DNA of 43,617 nt from Candidatus Collierbacteria bacterium (GCA_023245265.1 JAHFKQ010000001.1:1-43617); one strand, 5' to 3'. Positions 19,803 through 30,067 are shown, counted from the first letter of the stretch. Translations and numbers: made by a program. The notes: generated by a model not told the origin, from the sequence alone.

Positions 19803-21818
19803 TTATTTTTTCTTTCCCAAAACTTTTTCGGTCAAACCTAGGATTTCCAATCCCTTAAGTAACATCAGCGCTTCATGCATGTACTTCGTCTCATCGGCGT
19901 TGACCGTAGGAAAAGCCATAAAATCCGCTTGGCTGGCACCTGGCATGAAGATAATGGCCTGGCCCGGCTCAGCGCCTTGCATCACATTGCCTTTGCCCAT
20001 GGTGTCTACATACTTAGCCCACCAGCCGGTTCCCACCAACATGGGGTGGTAAGTTTCAGCGTTGGTACTATCGTGAAAGGTCATTGTTCCTGCACTCGGC
20101 ATGTGCCCTCCAGCCACAAACGCCGGCTTTTCGTGAGTGAATTTGTTGTACATTTGGCGCAGACCAAAGGTTGGTTTAGAGAAAGACCCGCTATTGTTCA
20201 ATTTATCCACAAATGCCCCGTAGTATCTCGGCTTTGAAGCAGTTGTTCCCGAAGGTCCAATGGTTATTTCCATAAAAGATAAATGATGAATTAGCGGAAT
20301 ACCGGTGGCATTTGCAATATAAGAGGCCGGAGCTACCGGGAAACCATTTTCCCCTTTACCCATTTTTCCCTTCCAGGCTGATTGTCGCATCGACTCATCC
20401 ATCATCACCGCCAGGGTCTGATATTCTGCCCCCTTTATCAACTCGGCAAATTTATCCAATATTTGAATTCTCTTAGGCGATTCGCCTGCCTGTCTATCGA
20501 TCATGTTTCTCAGAAATACCACCACCGAATGCGGATTTTTTGCCACTTCAGTCATAAATCCACTCAAGTCTTTGAAGCCTTCGGAGCTACTGCCAATTCT
20601 GGCGTTAGCTACCAGCTGTAAAGCAATTGGCAGTTGGGTTTTTATATCATAGGAAAGTCTGTCGTAAGGCGTTTTCATCTCCATCTTGGAATACACATTC
20701 CTAATGGTTTCCCCTCCTACTTTCAGTTTATCCAAAGGCCTAGACTCGGTGTGAATGCCACCCAGGCGACTTTTGGCCGAGGTATATGAAATTTCCGGTG
20801 ATGCTTCTACCTTTTTGCGGATCGTTTCCAAAAGCTCTTTAGTTGTGCCCGAGGACTCCGCTCGATTTAATAGATTAATGGCCTTAAAAGCCATCTCTCC
20901 TTGCTCTTGTGTTGAGAAAGGGTAACTCCGGCCTTCTTTGTTTCTGGTTCTCGGTTGTAAAATCACTCCTTGCAAAAGCGGATCGGACAATCTTTTACCT
21001 AGTTTTACTCCATATTTATCCCGAGCTCCTTCACCCCCGGAGCCTTTAAGAGTGCCCGAAGAAATATAAATAATTTTCATTTTTCCTCCGGCGTAGGCTT
21101 CTTCTCCCACCGCCGTCCGATGAATATGTCCGCTGGAATAAATATTGGCTCTTGAAGATTCGCTAGTAGTCAAAGCTTCATCACGGAGTCCGGAAACCGG
21201 ATCAATCGCGCTGGCCGCCGGTGGGTTATGCCAGATTTTTTCAGTCACCGTATGGCCATTAGCAAAACGGATTTTTAGTTCTCCGCCATTTTGAATCAGA
21301 GGGATGTTGAGTCCTTTAGTCATCGAAATCCAAGGGTTCTGTGTCGTGGCATCTTGTGCCCAACCAGGGTGACCCCAATAGTCGGACACCATCGCCAAGA
21401 TTCTTCCTTCTGCCGCCAGTGGTTCATAAACCAATGCTCTGATCAAATCTATTTGTTGCTGTAGATCAATGGCCGTGCGGTTGGTATCCAAATACTCGGC
21501 TTTAATGCCTTCGACACTGTCCCCCAAATCCACCACTACCACATTAGGGTTATCCAAAATGTACTTCACCAGGTCGATTAATGGATCGAGTCCGGCCGCC
21601 AGACTACCTACATGCAGGTCAGATAAACAAATCAATTCAATCGGATCATTGTGCCGTACCCCCATCGTCACCGACTCACGCCCCATGTTATCTTTTTCCA
21701 AAGTCTGCGATTTTTTAATCACTTCCAAAATCAGTTGTGTTTTCTCTTGTACTGGGAGCATGGCCGGCTCGACTTTTGCCACATAAAAAGGTTGTTTTTT
21801 TATCTCCGGTTTAGGCAT
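19803..21818 (-). CDS. Large calcineurin-like metallophosphoesterase-domain protein (671 aa) with a second, degenerate MPE-like half
   Basis: LSDLHVGS, VVDLGDSVEG, DYWGHPGW and SSGHIHRT motifs in the N-terminal half. The C-terminal half has VAGGHMPSAG but lacks the other motifs. Confidence 0.7.
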   Translation of the reverse strand: MPKPEIKKQPFYVAKVEPAMLPVQEKTQLILEVIKKSQTLEKDNMGRESVTMGVRHNDPIELICLSDLHVGSLAAGLDPLIDLVKYILDNPNVVVVDLGDSVEGIKAEYLDTNRTAIDLQQQIDLIRALVYEPLAAEGRILAMVSDYWGHPGWAQDATTQNPWISMTKGLNIPLIQNGGELKIRFANGHTVTEKIWHNPPAASAIDPVSGLRDEALTTSESSRANIYSSGHIHRTAVGEEAYAGGKMKIIYISSGTLKGSGGEGARDKYGVKLGKRLSDPLLQGVILQPRTRNKEGRSYPFSTQEQGEMAFKAINLLNRAESSGTTKELLETIRKKVEASPEISYTSAKSRLGGIHTESRPLDKLKVGGETIRNVYSKMEMKTPYDRLSYDIKTQLPIALQLVANARIGSSSEGFKDLSGFMTEVAKNPHSVVVFLRNMIDRQAGESPKRIQILDKFAELIKGAEYQTLAVMMDESMRQSAWKGKMGKGENGFPVAPASYIANATGIPLIHHLSFMEITIGPSGTTASKPRYYGAFVDKLNNSGSFSKPTFGLRQMYNKFTHEKPAFVAGGHMPSAGTMTFHDSTNAETYHPMLVGTGWWAKYVDTMGKGNVMQGAEPGQAIIFMPGASQADFMAFPTVNADETKYMHEALMLLKGLEILGLTEKVLGKKK

Positions 21819-21917
21819 TAAAAAATATTAAAAAATTAATAGTATTCAACCAATCGTATTACTAGCGGAAACAAATAACAACCACCAAAAACAATCCTCT
21901 CCTCAAAACAAAATTTA

Positions 21918-22946
21918 TTAAATCAAAGTCTGGTTTTCTTCCAAAAATTCCTCCACCATTATTTCCACCTCCTCGGCATTATCCGCCGTCATAAGCTTCT
22001 TTCTCAAACCCACAGAGCCTTCAAAACCTCGAGCAAAACAAGCGAGGTGTTTGCGCATTGGAAAAAACTGATAGTGTAGTTCATCATAATTTTCGTTAAA
22101 CAGTTCTTGGTATTTTTTTGCCTGCTCCACCGCCACCCTAAGTTTTTCCTCCACCGTTGGCACATAGTTATCCTTTCTTAGGACCCAGGGATTACCCAGA
22201 GCTTCTCGTCCAATCAAGACTCCGTCCATTTTACCGGTCAAATCAATTTCCCTCCCGCTTTTTGTCACTATTTTAAGCTCTTGCTTGGTTGCCACCTTAA
22301 CTTCTTTTACATCCCCATTCCCCAAAAACTTCGCTCCACTGGCCCGAATTACTTCCGCCGCTTGGAGCAAAATCTCCCAATCGGCTTCTCCAGAATAAAG
22401 TTGCTTAAACGATCGACCATGCATCGCGACCGCCGGCAGTTTCATCTCAGCCAGCAGTTTCCACCATTCAGGGTCAGGGGCTTCACTTCCGATTCTCGTC
22501 TTGACGCTCACCGGCAGGTCTCCCGCCCCTCTTCTGGTTGCCTCGATCACTTCTCTGGCGTTACATTTGTCACGGATTAGGCCGGCACCGCCACCCCTTT
22601 TTTCGAGACCGGGGGAAGGACAGCCCATGTTAATATCAATACCGTCAAATCCTAGTTCAACACAGATTTTGGCCGCTTCGTAAAATGACTCCGGGTCACT
22701 GCCAAAGATCTGGGCGATGACCGGTCTTTCACTCTCAGAATACTTCAGCTCATTCCAGATTTTATGTTCCAGGTCCCCCCTTTTCTTTATCCTCCATAGC
22801 CCCTCGGCACTCACAAATTCGGTGTAGATAATATCCGGTTGGCCATATTTTTTAGCCACAAAACGCATGGAAGCGTCCGTCACCCCATCCATGGGCGACA
22901 GACCGATAATCGGACTAGATAATAGACCCCAAAAACCTTTCTGCAT
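21918..22946 (-). CDS. tRNA-dihydrouridine synthase (Dus family)
   Basis: LSPMDGVTDASMRF, IAQIFGSDPE and GIDINMGCP motifs. Confidence 0.9.
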   Translation of the reverse strand: MQKGFWGLLSSPIIGLSPMDGVTDASMRFVAKKYGQPDIIYTEFVSAEGLWRIKKRGDLEHKIWNELKYSESERPVIAQIFGSDPESFYEAAKICVELGFDGIDINMGCPSPGLEKRGGGAGLIRDKCNAREVIEATRRGAGDLPVSVKTRIGSEAPDPEWWKLLAEMKLPAVAMHGRSFKQLYSGEADWEILLQAAEVIRASGAKFLGNGDVKEVKVATKQELKIVTKSGREIDLTGKMDGVLIGREALGNPWVLRKDNYVPTVEEKLRVAVEQAKKYQELFNENYDELHYQFFPMRKHLACFARGFEGSVGLRKKLMTADNAEEVEIMVEEFLEENQTLI

Positions 22947-22955
22947 CCGTATATT

Positions 22956-23561
22956 TTACCTCATCAACCTCGCACCCTGCTTTCCAATCCTCTTTCCCCC
23001 ATAAGTCTGACTTTCTCGAAAATCCCTATTTTTTCGAGCTTCATCTCGCTGTTGTCTTTCTTGGACCTCGATTTGCTTAAGTTCTTCAGCCGTCGGCTCG
23101 GGGTAATCGTCAAAACGCTTATCATCTTCCTTAAAGGTAAAATGGCTGCCTCCCCCAGCTAAATCTCGAAACTCTCTCAGGCCATCAAGTGCATTGTAAG
23201 CCGCCTCACTTTGATCATAATCGGCTTCCCTTTGGTACTCAATTTCTTTCTCAAAAATAGCTTCCGGCATACTCTCTGCTTCCATCTCTTGTTGTTCAAA
23301 AACCCTCTCCCGCTTTCTCTTAAACTCTGCCTCCAATTCCATATCATCTCTTTGGTACTTATGTTTCCTAGATTCGGTAGCTTTCGTTCCCGAGTCTTTT
23401 CGTCTGTTATTAACACCGATTTCTTTTTGTGGTAAAAAGCTCTCCTGCTGTTTCTTTGAAATAGTTTTTTCCAAATGAGCCGGGCCTAGATTTACATCTT
23501 TCTCATACTCATCTTGGTCTCGTATCAACTTTTCAAACCAATCATTATCTCTATGGTCCAT
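22956..23561 (-). CDS. Highly charged (E/K/R/D-rich) hypothetical protein
   Basis: 201-aa ORF tightly spaced within the operon (7-9 nt gaps). Low-complexity, likely coiled-coil or disordered. Confidence 0.5.
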   Translation of the reverse strand: MDHRDNDWFEKLIRDQDEYEKDVNLGPAHLEKTISKKQQESFLPQKEIGVNNRRKDSGTKATESRKHKYQRDDMELEAEFKRKRERVFEQQEMEAESMPEAIFEKEIEYQREADYDQSEAAYNALDGLREFRDLAGGGSHFTFKEDDKRFDDYPEPTAEELKQIEVQERQQRDEARKNRDFRESQTYGGKRIGKQGARLMR

Positions 23562-23568
23562 AAAAAAA

Positions 23569-24324
23569 TTATAAACTATCAGTTTGAACCCTCCGCACCC
23601 CCATCAGCCATTTTTTGTAGATTTCGCCATCCACCCCTTTATCAATCCAGCGTTTTTCAAACTCTTCTCTGGCCATACTAAAAACCCCAATCCCCGCTCC
23701 CGGAGTATATTCTTCATCATAAGAAGGGTCTATCAACCACACCTTCTCCTCGTCGATGTCAAAGATAATGGAGTAGTGCCCACATTCCAGTTTTTCTATT
23801 TCTTCTTCCGATCCCTCGGATTGATAGCTAATCAGCACCACCCCATCATTATTTAAGACATTTTCAACATCAGTGAGACTCGCTTCCCAAATTTCCAGAT
23901 AGGGAATTTTTTCCTCTTCCAGCACTTCTTTTATCTTTTCGGATTTGGTCCCATCTATCGGGTTTACATCTAGTCTGCGATAGACATCGGTTTTTAAAAC
24001 ACCTTCTCGATTTATCATGAGCATCAAGGTGCTGAAGGCCGCCCCACCACAATCATAATCAAATTTCTGAGCCACAATATGCTCCGGACTTTTCCGATGC
24101 TTACCGTTTTCCAAGGTCTTCCCATCTAATATGATTTTAGACAAATAGTCAATACTATCAGCCACTTTTCCTATCTCCCAAGACTTCGGATATTCTGTTT
24201 TTTGCTTCAGAGCTTTATTCGCCAATCCTCTGCCGATATATAGCACCCCTTCGCCCTTTTTACCCAGCACTTTCTTAAGTTCTGCCGCCAGTATTTTTAG
24301 TTTCGGGTCAAAAACAATTTTCAT
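23569..24324 (-). CDS. Peptidase C39-like (papain-fold) cysteine peptidase domain protein with an N-terminal extension
   Basis: FDYDCGGAAFSTLMLM (Cys region) and CGHYSIIFDIDEEKVWLIDP (His region). Paralogous to 24757-25308. Confidence 0.7.
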   Translation of the reverse strand: MKIVFDPKLKILAAELKKVLGKKGEGVLYIGRGLANKALKQKTEYPKSWEIGKVADSIDYLSKIILDGKTLENGKHRKSPEHIVAQKFDYDCGGAAFSTLMLMINREGVLKTDVYRRLDVNPIDGTKSEKIKEVLEEEKIPYLEIWEASLTDVENVLNNDGVVLISYQSEGSEEEIEKLECGHYSIIFDIDEEKVWLIDPSYDEEYTPGAGIGVFSMAREEFEKRWIDKGVDGEIYKKWLMGVRRVQTDSL

Positions 24325-24328
24325 AGAT

Positions 24329-24727
24329 CTACTGTTTTACCGCCATCCCGGCTTTCAGTAACGCTTCATTTACCTGCACACCCTTACTACAGTCGGCAAA
24401 ACCCAACACATTTTTAACGCAGCCAATCCATACCGCATAATTACCATTTTCACTCTTAGTTATCCACACTTCTTTGTTTGAGAGCATTTGAGACAATAAA
24501 AATATCGCCGCTTCATAGCCTTCTTCTCCCGGAGTTTTTACTCTAACTTTTGCAAGAGTTATTTTTCTGCCATCGCCCAAGACTAGCCGACCGTCAGATT
24601 CGATACCGGCGACACGAGTCTCCTGTCCATACACTTTAAGAACTACCCCAGCGAGTCCCAAGAGAACCGCCAATCCGATCAATGTCGGCACTATTTTTTG
24701 GGAGAAATTCCATTCTTTAGCCACCAA
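24329..24727 (-). CDS. Membrane-anchored SNase-like OB-fold protein (probably catalytically degenerate)
   Basis: N-terminal TM helix. ITLAKVRVKTPGEEG...EAAIFLL...VNEALLKAGMA parallels the thermonuclease layout seen in 187-699. Confidence 0.55.
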   Translation of the reverse strand: MVAKEWNFSQKIVPTLIGLAVLLGLAGVVLKVYGQETRVAGIESDGRLVLGDGRKITLAKVRVKTPGEEGYEAAIFLLSQMLSNKEVWITKSENGNYAVWIGCVKNVLGFADCSKGVQVNEALLKAGMAVKQ

Positions 24728-24756
24728 ATTATCTTAGCAGATACTTAAAACTAAGG

Positions 24757-25308
24757 CTAAACGGCGATCATCCAGTGATCGTAAACTTCCCCTTTGTGGT
24801 CCATATCTCTCCACCTGCTCTCAAAGACTGTCTTTCGGATTTTCCGTACCCCCTTGCCATATCTGGTCTTGCCGCCCTTCACAAAAGGATCAGCTAGCCA
24901 CAAGTAATCCCTTTCAAACCCAAAAACTACCGAGTAGTGCCCACTTTCCATTCTTTCATAGTCTCTATGGCTGCCCCAAGCCTGATAGACCACCAGGCAG
25001 AGTCTCTGCCTTTTTAGCCTACTTTCCAGGTCTTCTAGAGTGGCTCCGTGAGTCTCCCGGAATTTTAGGTCCATCTCCTTTAGGAAGGCCTTAATTCTTT
25101 CCGGGTGAGTACCCACCTTGCTACTCGTGCCTAGCCTCTTTTTGAGGGTGTCTTTTCTCTGCTTCAGACCAAGGCTGTTTAGGATCGTCATGACTGAGGA
25201 CAGTCCACACTCATACCCATTCTCCTGACGAGAGGGTTTCACAGGCACGAGTAGTATCTTTTCTTTCTTAACCGCCATGGCCCCAATTTTAGGGCCACCT
25301 CTAGGCAT
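24757..25308 (-). CDS. Peptidase C39-like (papain-fold) cysteine peptidase domain protein
   Basis: QENGYECGLSSVMTILN (Cys region) and SGHYSVVFGFERDYLWLADP (His region). Confidence 0.7.
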   Translation of the reverse strand: MPRGGPKIGAMAVKKEKILLVPVKPSRQENGYECGLSSVMTILNSLGLKQRKDTLKKRLGTSSKVGTHPERIKAFLKEMDLKFRETHGATLEDLESRLKRQRLCLVVYQAWGSHRDYERMESGHYSVVFGFERDYLWLADPFVKGGKTRYGKGVRKIRKTVFESRWRDMDHKGEVYDHWMIAV

Positions 25309-25347
25309 TTACAACTCCCAATCCAGCCTCAAAAAGCCCATATATCG

Positions 25348-25373
25348 AAAAAAATCTCCCCCTGCTTGGGAGA
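25348..25373 (-). terminator. Rho-independent terminator directly downstream of tRNA-Ile
   Basis: Minus strand reads TCTCCC-AAGCAGG-GGGAGA-TTTTTTT. Confidence 0.8.
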
Positions 25374-25382
25374 GACATTTTG

Positions 25383-25456
25383 TGGGCGCTCTTGGAATCG
25401 AACCAAGCACCTCGGTCTTATCAGGACCGCGCTCTAACCATATGAGCTAAGCGCCC
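25383..25456 (-). tRNA. tRNA-Ile (anticodon GAU)
   Basis: GGGCGCUUAGCUCA...anticodon loop CUGAUAA...GGUUCGAUUCC...AGCGCCCA. An extended -10 box, TGCTAAAAT, lies upstream. Confidence 0.93.
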
Positions 25457-25500
25457 AAAAACTACTCGTCTATTTTAGCACAGCCAAGCTAAAATGAGCA

Positions 25501-25526
25501 CAAAAAGTCCCGCCGGTTGGCGGGAC
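25501..25526 (-). terminator. Rho-independent terminator
   Basis: Minus strand reads AGTCCCGCC-AACC-GGCGGGACT-TTTT. Confidence 0.85.
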
Positions 25527-25540
25527 TAAATAAAAAAATA

Positions 25541-25933
25541 CTAGCCCTTGGGCATGGGAATGTCCGGTTTGATTTTGACCACTTCCCAGCTTCTGTCTGA
25601 CAACTTCGTAAATTCGTACTCGATTTTGCCGTCAGGGCTGACGAGAGTGATGCCTTTTTCGGCCAAGGCTACAGCTTCCAGATTGCCATTTGAGGCCTGT
25701 TCCTGAAGCCAAGACTCAGCACTTTTAGGATTCCAATTAAAATGTTTGGTCATCATCGACTTGAGGTAGTCGAAAACTCCCAGTGAAGTCTGGTGAGTCA
25801 CTCTGGGGCCGCCCAGCTGGAAGCCGGAAAGACCTTTATTGTTTTGCTTGAATTCAGGATACCGATTAAACGGTCTCCATCCAAACAGAAATTCCTTTAG
25901 TTCAGGATCCATAAAATACCTCCTCGATTTCAA
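25541..25933 (-). CDS. Hypothetical protein (130 aa)
   Basis: The ORF is bounded by terminators on both sides. GAGGAGG lies upstream of the ATG. No motif recognised. Confidence 0.55.
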   Translation of the reverse strand: MKSRRYFMDPELKEFLFGWRPFNRYPEFKQNNKGLSGFQLGGPRVTHQTSLGVFDYLKSMMTKHFNWNPKSAESWLQEQASNGNLEAVALAEKGITLVSPDGKIEYEFTKLSDRSWEVVKIKPDIPMPKG

Positions 25934-25990
25934 TGTTCTTGTCGATATTCTACCATGTCTATAGGGTATTGTCCACCCATATTAGGCATC

Positions 25991-26013
25991 AAAAAGCCCC
26001 TCTTCCGAGGGGC
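25991..26013 (-). terminator. Rho-independent terminator
   Basis: Minus strand reads GCCCCTC-GGAA-GAGGGGC-TTTTT. Confidence 0.85.
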
Positions 26014-26020
26014 AAAGAGT

Positions 26021-26908
26021 CTAGCTATCCTGCTTGCGCAGAAAAACAAACCAGTAAACGATAGCCACAAAAACAGCGCCGCCGATAATATTTCCCATCG
26101 TCACCGGCAGCAGATTGGCAAGTAAAAAGCCTTTCCAGGTCAACAGGCCGATATGGGGAACTTTATCGGCTACCAGCAGGACAAATCCGGGATCAAAGAC
26201 CTTGATAAACAAGGCGTAGGTTATAAAGTACATATTGGCGATACTGTGCTCAAATCCGGCCGCCACAAAAGCGGTGATCGGAAAGATCACAGCCAGGATC
26301 TTGTCCCCGGTCGGTCTCGCACTATAGCTCAGCCAAACAGCGAGACACACCAGAGCGTTACACAAAATCCCCAGTGCCAAAGCTTGCCAAAATAAGAGTC
26401 CGCATTTGGCGATCGCGATATTCAAAGCCGTAATACCTACCGTATTCCCCCCAAAGGTATATTGTCTGGTGACAAACATAATGGCGGCCGTTGCAATCGA
26501 GGCGATAAAGTTTCCAAGATAGACAATGCCCCAATTTCTTAGCAGTGCCCTACCTGTCACCTTACCACTGGCCCAGGCCATCACGATCAAGTTGTTCCCG
26601 GTAAATAGTTCCGCTCCCCCAACCACGACTAAGATCAGCCCTAATGAAAAAACCAAACCGATTAACAATCTGGTGATTCCGTAAGGAAGCGCCGTTGTAA
26701 AAACGGTTGTCCCTGTCGCTGTCAAAAAAGTCATGGCGCCGGAAGCGACCGTAGTGGCAAAGATTGCCCCGAGAGAAATAAATGCCCCGGCCAAAAGAGC
26801 CAGAACAAACATTTTCATCGCCGGCATTTCAGCCTTGCGAACCCCTATCATTTCCGCTTTCTTTGCCATAGCGGCGGGCAACAGAGCATCAAAATTTTCT
26901 TGATCCAT
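26021..26908 (-). CDS. Formate/nitrite transporter (FNT) family channel
   Basis: AGAELFTGNNLIV and GFEHSIANMY signature regions with 6 TM helices. I prefer ATG at 26908, which lies 5 nt after GAGGAGG; the track start is TTG at 26911. Confidence 0.9.
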   Translation of the reverse strand: MDQENFDALLPAAMAKKAEMIGVRKAEMPAMKMFVLALLAGAFISLGAIFATTVASGAMTFLTATGTTVFTTALPYGITRLLIGLVFSLGLILVVVGGAELFTGNNLIVMAWASGKVTGRALLRNWGIVYLGNFIASIATAAIMFVTRQYTFGGNTVGITALNIAIAKCGLLFWQALALGILCNALVCLAVWLSYSARPTGDKILAVIFPITAFVAAGFEHSIANMYFITYALFIKVFDPGFVLLVADKVPHIGLLTWKGFLLANLLPVTMGNIIGGAVFVAIVYWFVFLRKQDS

Positions 26909-26995
26909 CAATTCCTCCTCATTATTTTAAGTTGCGAACCAATTGCGTACCCCGCATTCTAAGTCTCTTTTAACTGAGACTCAACCCCCAAAACC

Positions 26996-27020
26996 ACAAA
27001 AAACCCGCCTTTCGGCGGGT
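26996..27020 (-). terminator. Rho-independent terminator
   Basis: Minus strand reads ACCCGCC-GAAA-GGCGGGT-TTTTTT. Confidence 0.85.
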
Positions 27021-27027
27021 AGTCGAC

Positions 27028-27315
27028 TCATAAAAGGGTTATTAAGATCACCACCAGGCCTAGCATCAGAGCACAAAACACAACCGTTATGCTCCAATAC
27101 CCAAAATACTTTAGATAGGCCCCAAAATCAAATACTTCCCCCTCTGAAGTACAAGCTTTTCCAAAGGCCCAAGGGGTCAAAAAATAGGAAATAACAAATA
27201 ACCCCGTGGCCAAGCCAAAATGGCTAATTGTTTGCATTAAAATTCCCGTGCCCGTCACCACTGTCACCACTAAACAAATTATGGCCAAGCCTACCAAAGC
27301 GACATTTCTTAACAT
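27028..27315 (-). CDS. Small hydrophobic membrane protein (~95 aa)
   Basis: I prefer the start at M5 (ATG 27313-27315), preceded by GGAGG-N5. Three TM helices. Own promoter TTGACA-N18-TAGAAT at 27355-27384. Confidence 0.6.
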   Translation of the reverse strand: MLRNVALVGLAIICLVVTVVTGTGILMQTISHFGLATGLFVISYFLTPWAFGKACTSEGEVFDFGAYLKYFGYWSITVVFCALMLGLVVILITLL

Positions 27316-27354
27316 CCTTACCTCCATTGAGTTTTCAAATTTCTACGATAAACT

Positions 27355-27384
27355 ATTCTACCATCTCTATAGGACATTTGTCAA
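27355..27384 (-). promoter_or_regulatory. Sigma70-type promoter for the small membrane protein gene
   Basis: TTGACA-N18-TAGAAT on the minus strand. Confidence 0.6.
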
Positions 27385-27396
27385 CCCTCTTAGGCA

Positions 27397-27420
27397 TAAA
27401 AAACCCGCCTTTCAGCGGAT
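27397..27420 (-). terminator. Weak terminator-like hairpin downstream of 16S; decayed copy of the 26996-27020 terminator
   Basis: Shares AAAAAACCCGCCTTTC with the element exactly 400 nt away. Two stem positions are mismatched (4-bp GC core plus T-run). Confidence 0.4.
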
Positions 27421-27433
27421 TTTCTGGGCTTTA

Positions 27434-27476
27434 AACAAGTGAAGCAGTTTTGTCATCTCAAGAGTAGCGAGAGTCA
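27434..27476 (-). other. 16S trailer half of the long-range processing stem
   Basis: Plus-strand AACAAGTGAAGCAG (27434-27447) complements 29141-29154. AAGAGTAGCGAGAGT (27460-27474) complements 29068-29082 with one G-U pair. Confidence 0.75.
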
Positions 27477-27554
27477 GGTAGATTTGTTTTAGACACTCAT
27501 CTACCAATAGTGTGGCGATATTATCATCGGACTCGTGAAGTCCTTAACTCCTAG

Positions 27555-29047
<1,493 letters not shown>

Positions 29048-29065
29048 AAAAATTGAATAGATTAC

Positions 29066-29154
29066 GTCACTCTCGCCACTCTTCAAACGACAAAAAAATA
29101 AAAAATATACAAATAATTGAAATCAGCTCAATTATCTGTTTGCTGCTTCACTTG
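29066..29154 (-). other. 16S leader containing both 5' halves of the processing stem
   Basis: Complementarity to 27434-27476 (14 bp plus ~15 bp) brackets only the 16S. Confidence 0.75.
29103..29130 (-). promoter_or_regulatory. Candidate 16S promoter
   Basis: TTGAGC-N16-TATATT on the minus strand, about 55 nt upstream of the mature 5' end. It lies 3' of the AACAAGTGAAGCAG leader arm (29141-29154), so at least one of the two calls needs checking. The context is AT-rich. Confidence 0.45.
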
Positions 29155-29415
29155 TTAACGAGCTTGGGTATTTTAACAGCCGTGCTTCGCCTCCGCAAGA
29201 GCCTGTTTCAAAGGCCCCAAAAGTGGCAAAAAAAGAACTGACCGAAAACCCAAATCGGTATCCTCATTTTAACACAATTTTACCTACCTTGTCCCACCCG
29301 GACCTCACCCCCTTTTTAGTCATTTTTCAGGCTCAAGAAGGGCTTCTCCAATCATCCCCAAAGTCTATAACTAACCCCGAGCCCACATCTGAAGGTCTTT
29401 TTGTTAGTTAAATAT

Positions 29416-29443
29416 TTGACGAATCGGCCGAAAATGCTATATT
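29416..29443 (+). promoter_or_regulatory. Sigma70-type promoter driving a leaderless transcript
   Basis: TTGACG-N16-TATATT, then 5 nt, then ATG at 29449. Confidence 0.6.
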
Positions 29444-29448
29444 TAGAT

Positions 29449-29628
29449 ATGCCCAAAAAAGCTGCCCGCACCAAAAAGAAGGTTACCAAAATCACCAAGA
29501 GAGTCAAGGCTACCAAAGCCGACCAATCCTTTACCCTGGTGAAAAAGCAAGACAGTTACCTTTCCCTGCTCATGGTTATCCTTTTTGCTTCGCTTATCTT
29601 CTTAGGTTTGGTTCTTAGCCTCCGCTAG
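29449..29628 (+). CDS. Small lysine-rich protein with a C-terminal TM anchor (59 aa)
   Basis: MPKKAARTKKKVTKITKRVKATK... followed by a hydrophobic tail. Leaderless start inferred from promoter geometry. A terminator follows. Confidence 0.5.
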   Translation: MPKKAARTKKKVTKITKRVKATKADQSFTLVKKQDSYLSLLMVILFASLIFLGLVLSLR

Positions 29629-29637
29629 TCACAAAAA

Positions 29638-29657
29638 ACCCAGGTTTCCCTGGGTTT
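29638..29657. terminator. Bidirectional hairpin terminator between convergent genes
   Basis: ACCCAGG-TTTC-CCTGGGT flanked by an A-run and a T-run. Confidence 0.8.
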
Positions 29658-29662
29658 ATTAG

Positions 29663-29986
29663 TTATCTTACTAGCTCAAAAGTATTTACCTTAGACATAT
29701 AAGCTACTGCTTCATCGAAGTTTAATGGTCGTCGACTTTTACTTAATCTGAGTTCGTACTCAGGCACAAACATTTTTTCAATTCTGACCCCATTGTGCTC
29801 AAATGGATATCTTTTTATCTTGTCTAAGCCCATGAGGAGTTGTAGGTCATCCTCATTTACATAGTTTGAAGCCGAAGCAGGTCTTAAAAATACTCGACAG
29901 CCTCCGCCATCGGTTTTCTGAAGCTCTACCGAGCAGTTGTAGCCCCCATACGCATTCTTAGGCACAAACAGTACCACCTCGGACAT
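29663..29986 (-). CDS. Hypothetical protein (107 aa)
   Basis: AAGGAG lies upstream of the ATG. No motif recognised. Confidence 0.55.
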   Translation of the reverse strand: MSEVVLFVPKNAYGGYNCSVELQKTDGGGCRVFLRPASASNYVNEDDLQLLMGLDKIKRYPFEHNGVRIEKMFVPEYELRLSKSRRPLNFDEAVAYMSKVNTFELVR

Positions 29987-30067
29987 AATTTACTCCTTAA
30001 AGTGCAGAATTTTTAGGTTCAGGTATTCTACACCAAAAAGTCCCATAATACAAATTCTGGCCTCAAA

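Noticed and set aside
5704-25382. The 19.7-kb block between tRNA-Ile and tRNA-Ala as an integrated mobile genomic island
   Set aside because: I found no integrase, transposase, recombinase or phage genes. I saw no duplicated tRNA 3'-end direct repeat. The block contains housekeeping genes (Dus, HAD, MBL). Mobility cannot be supported from sequence alone.
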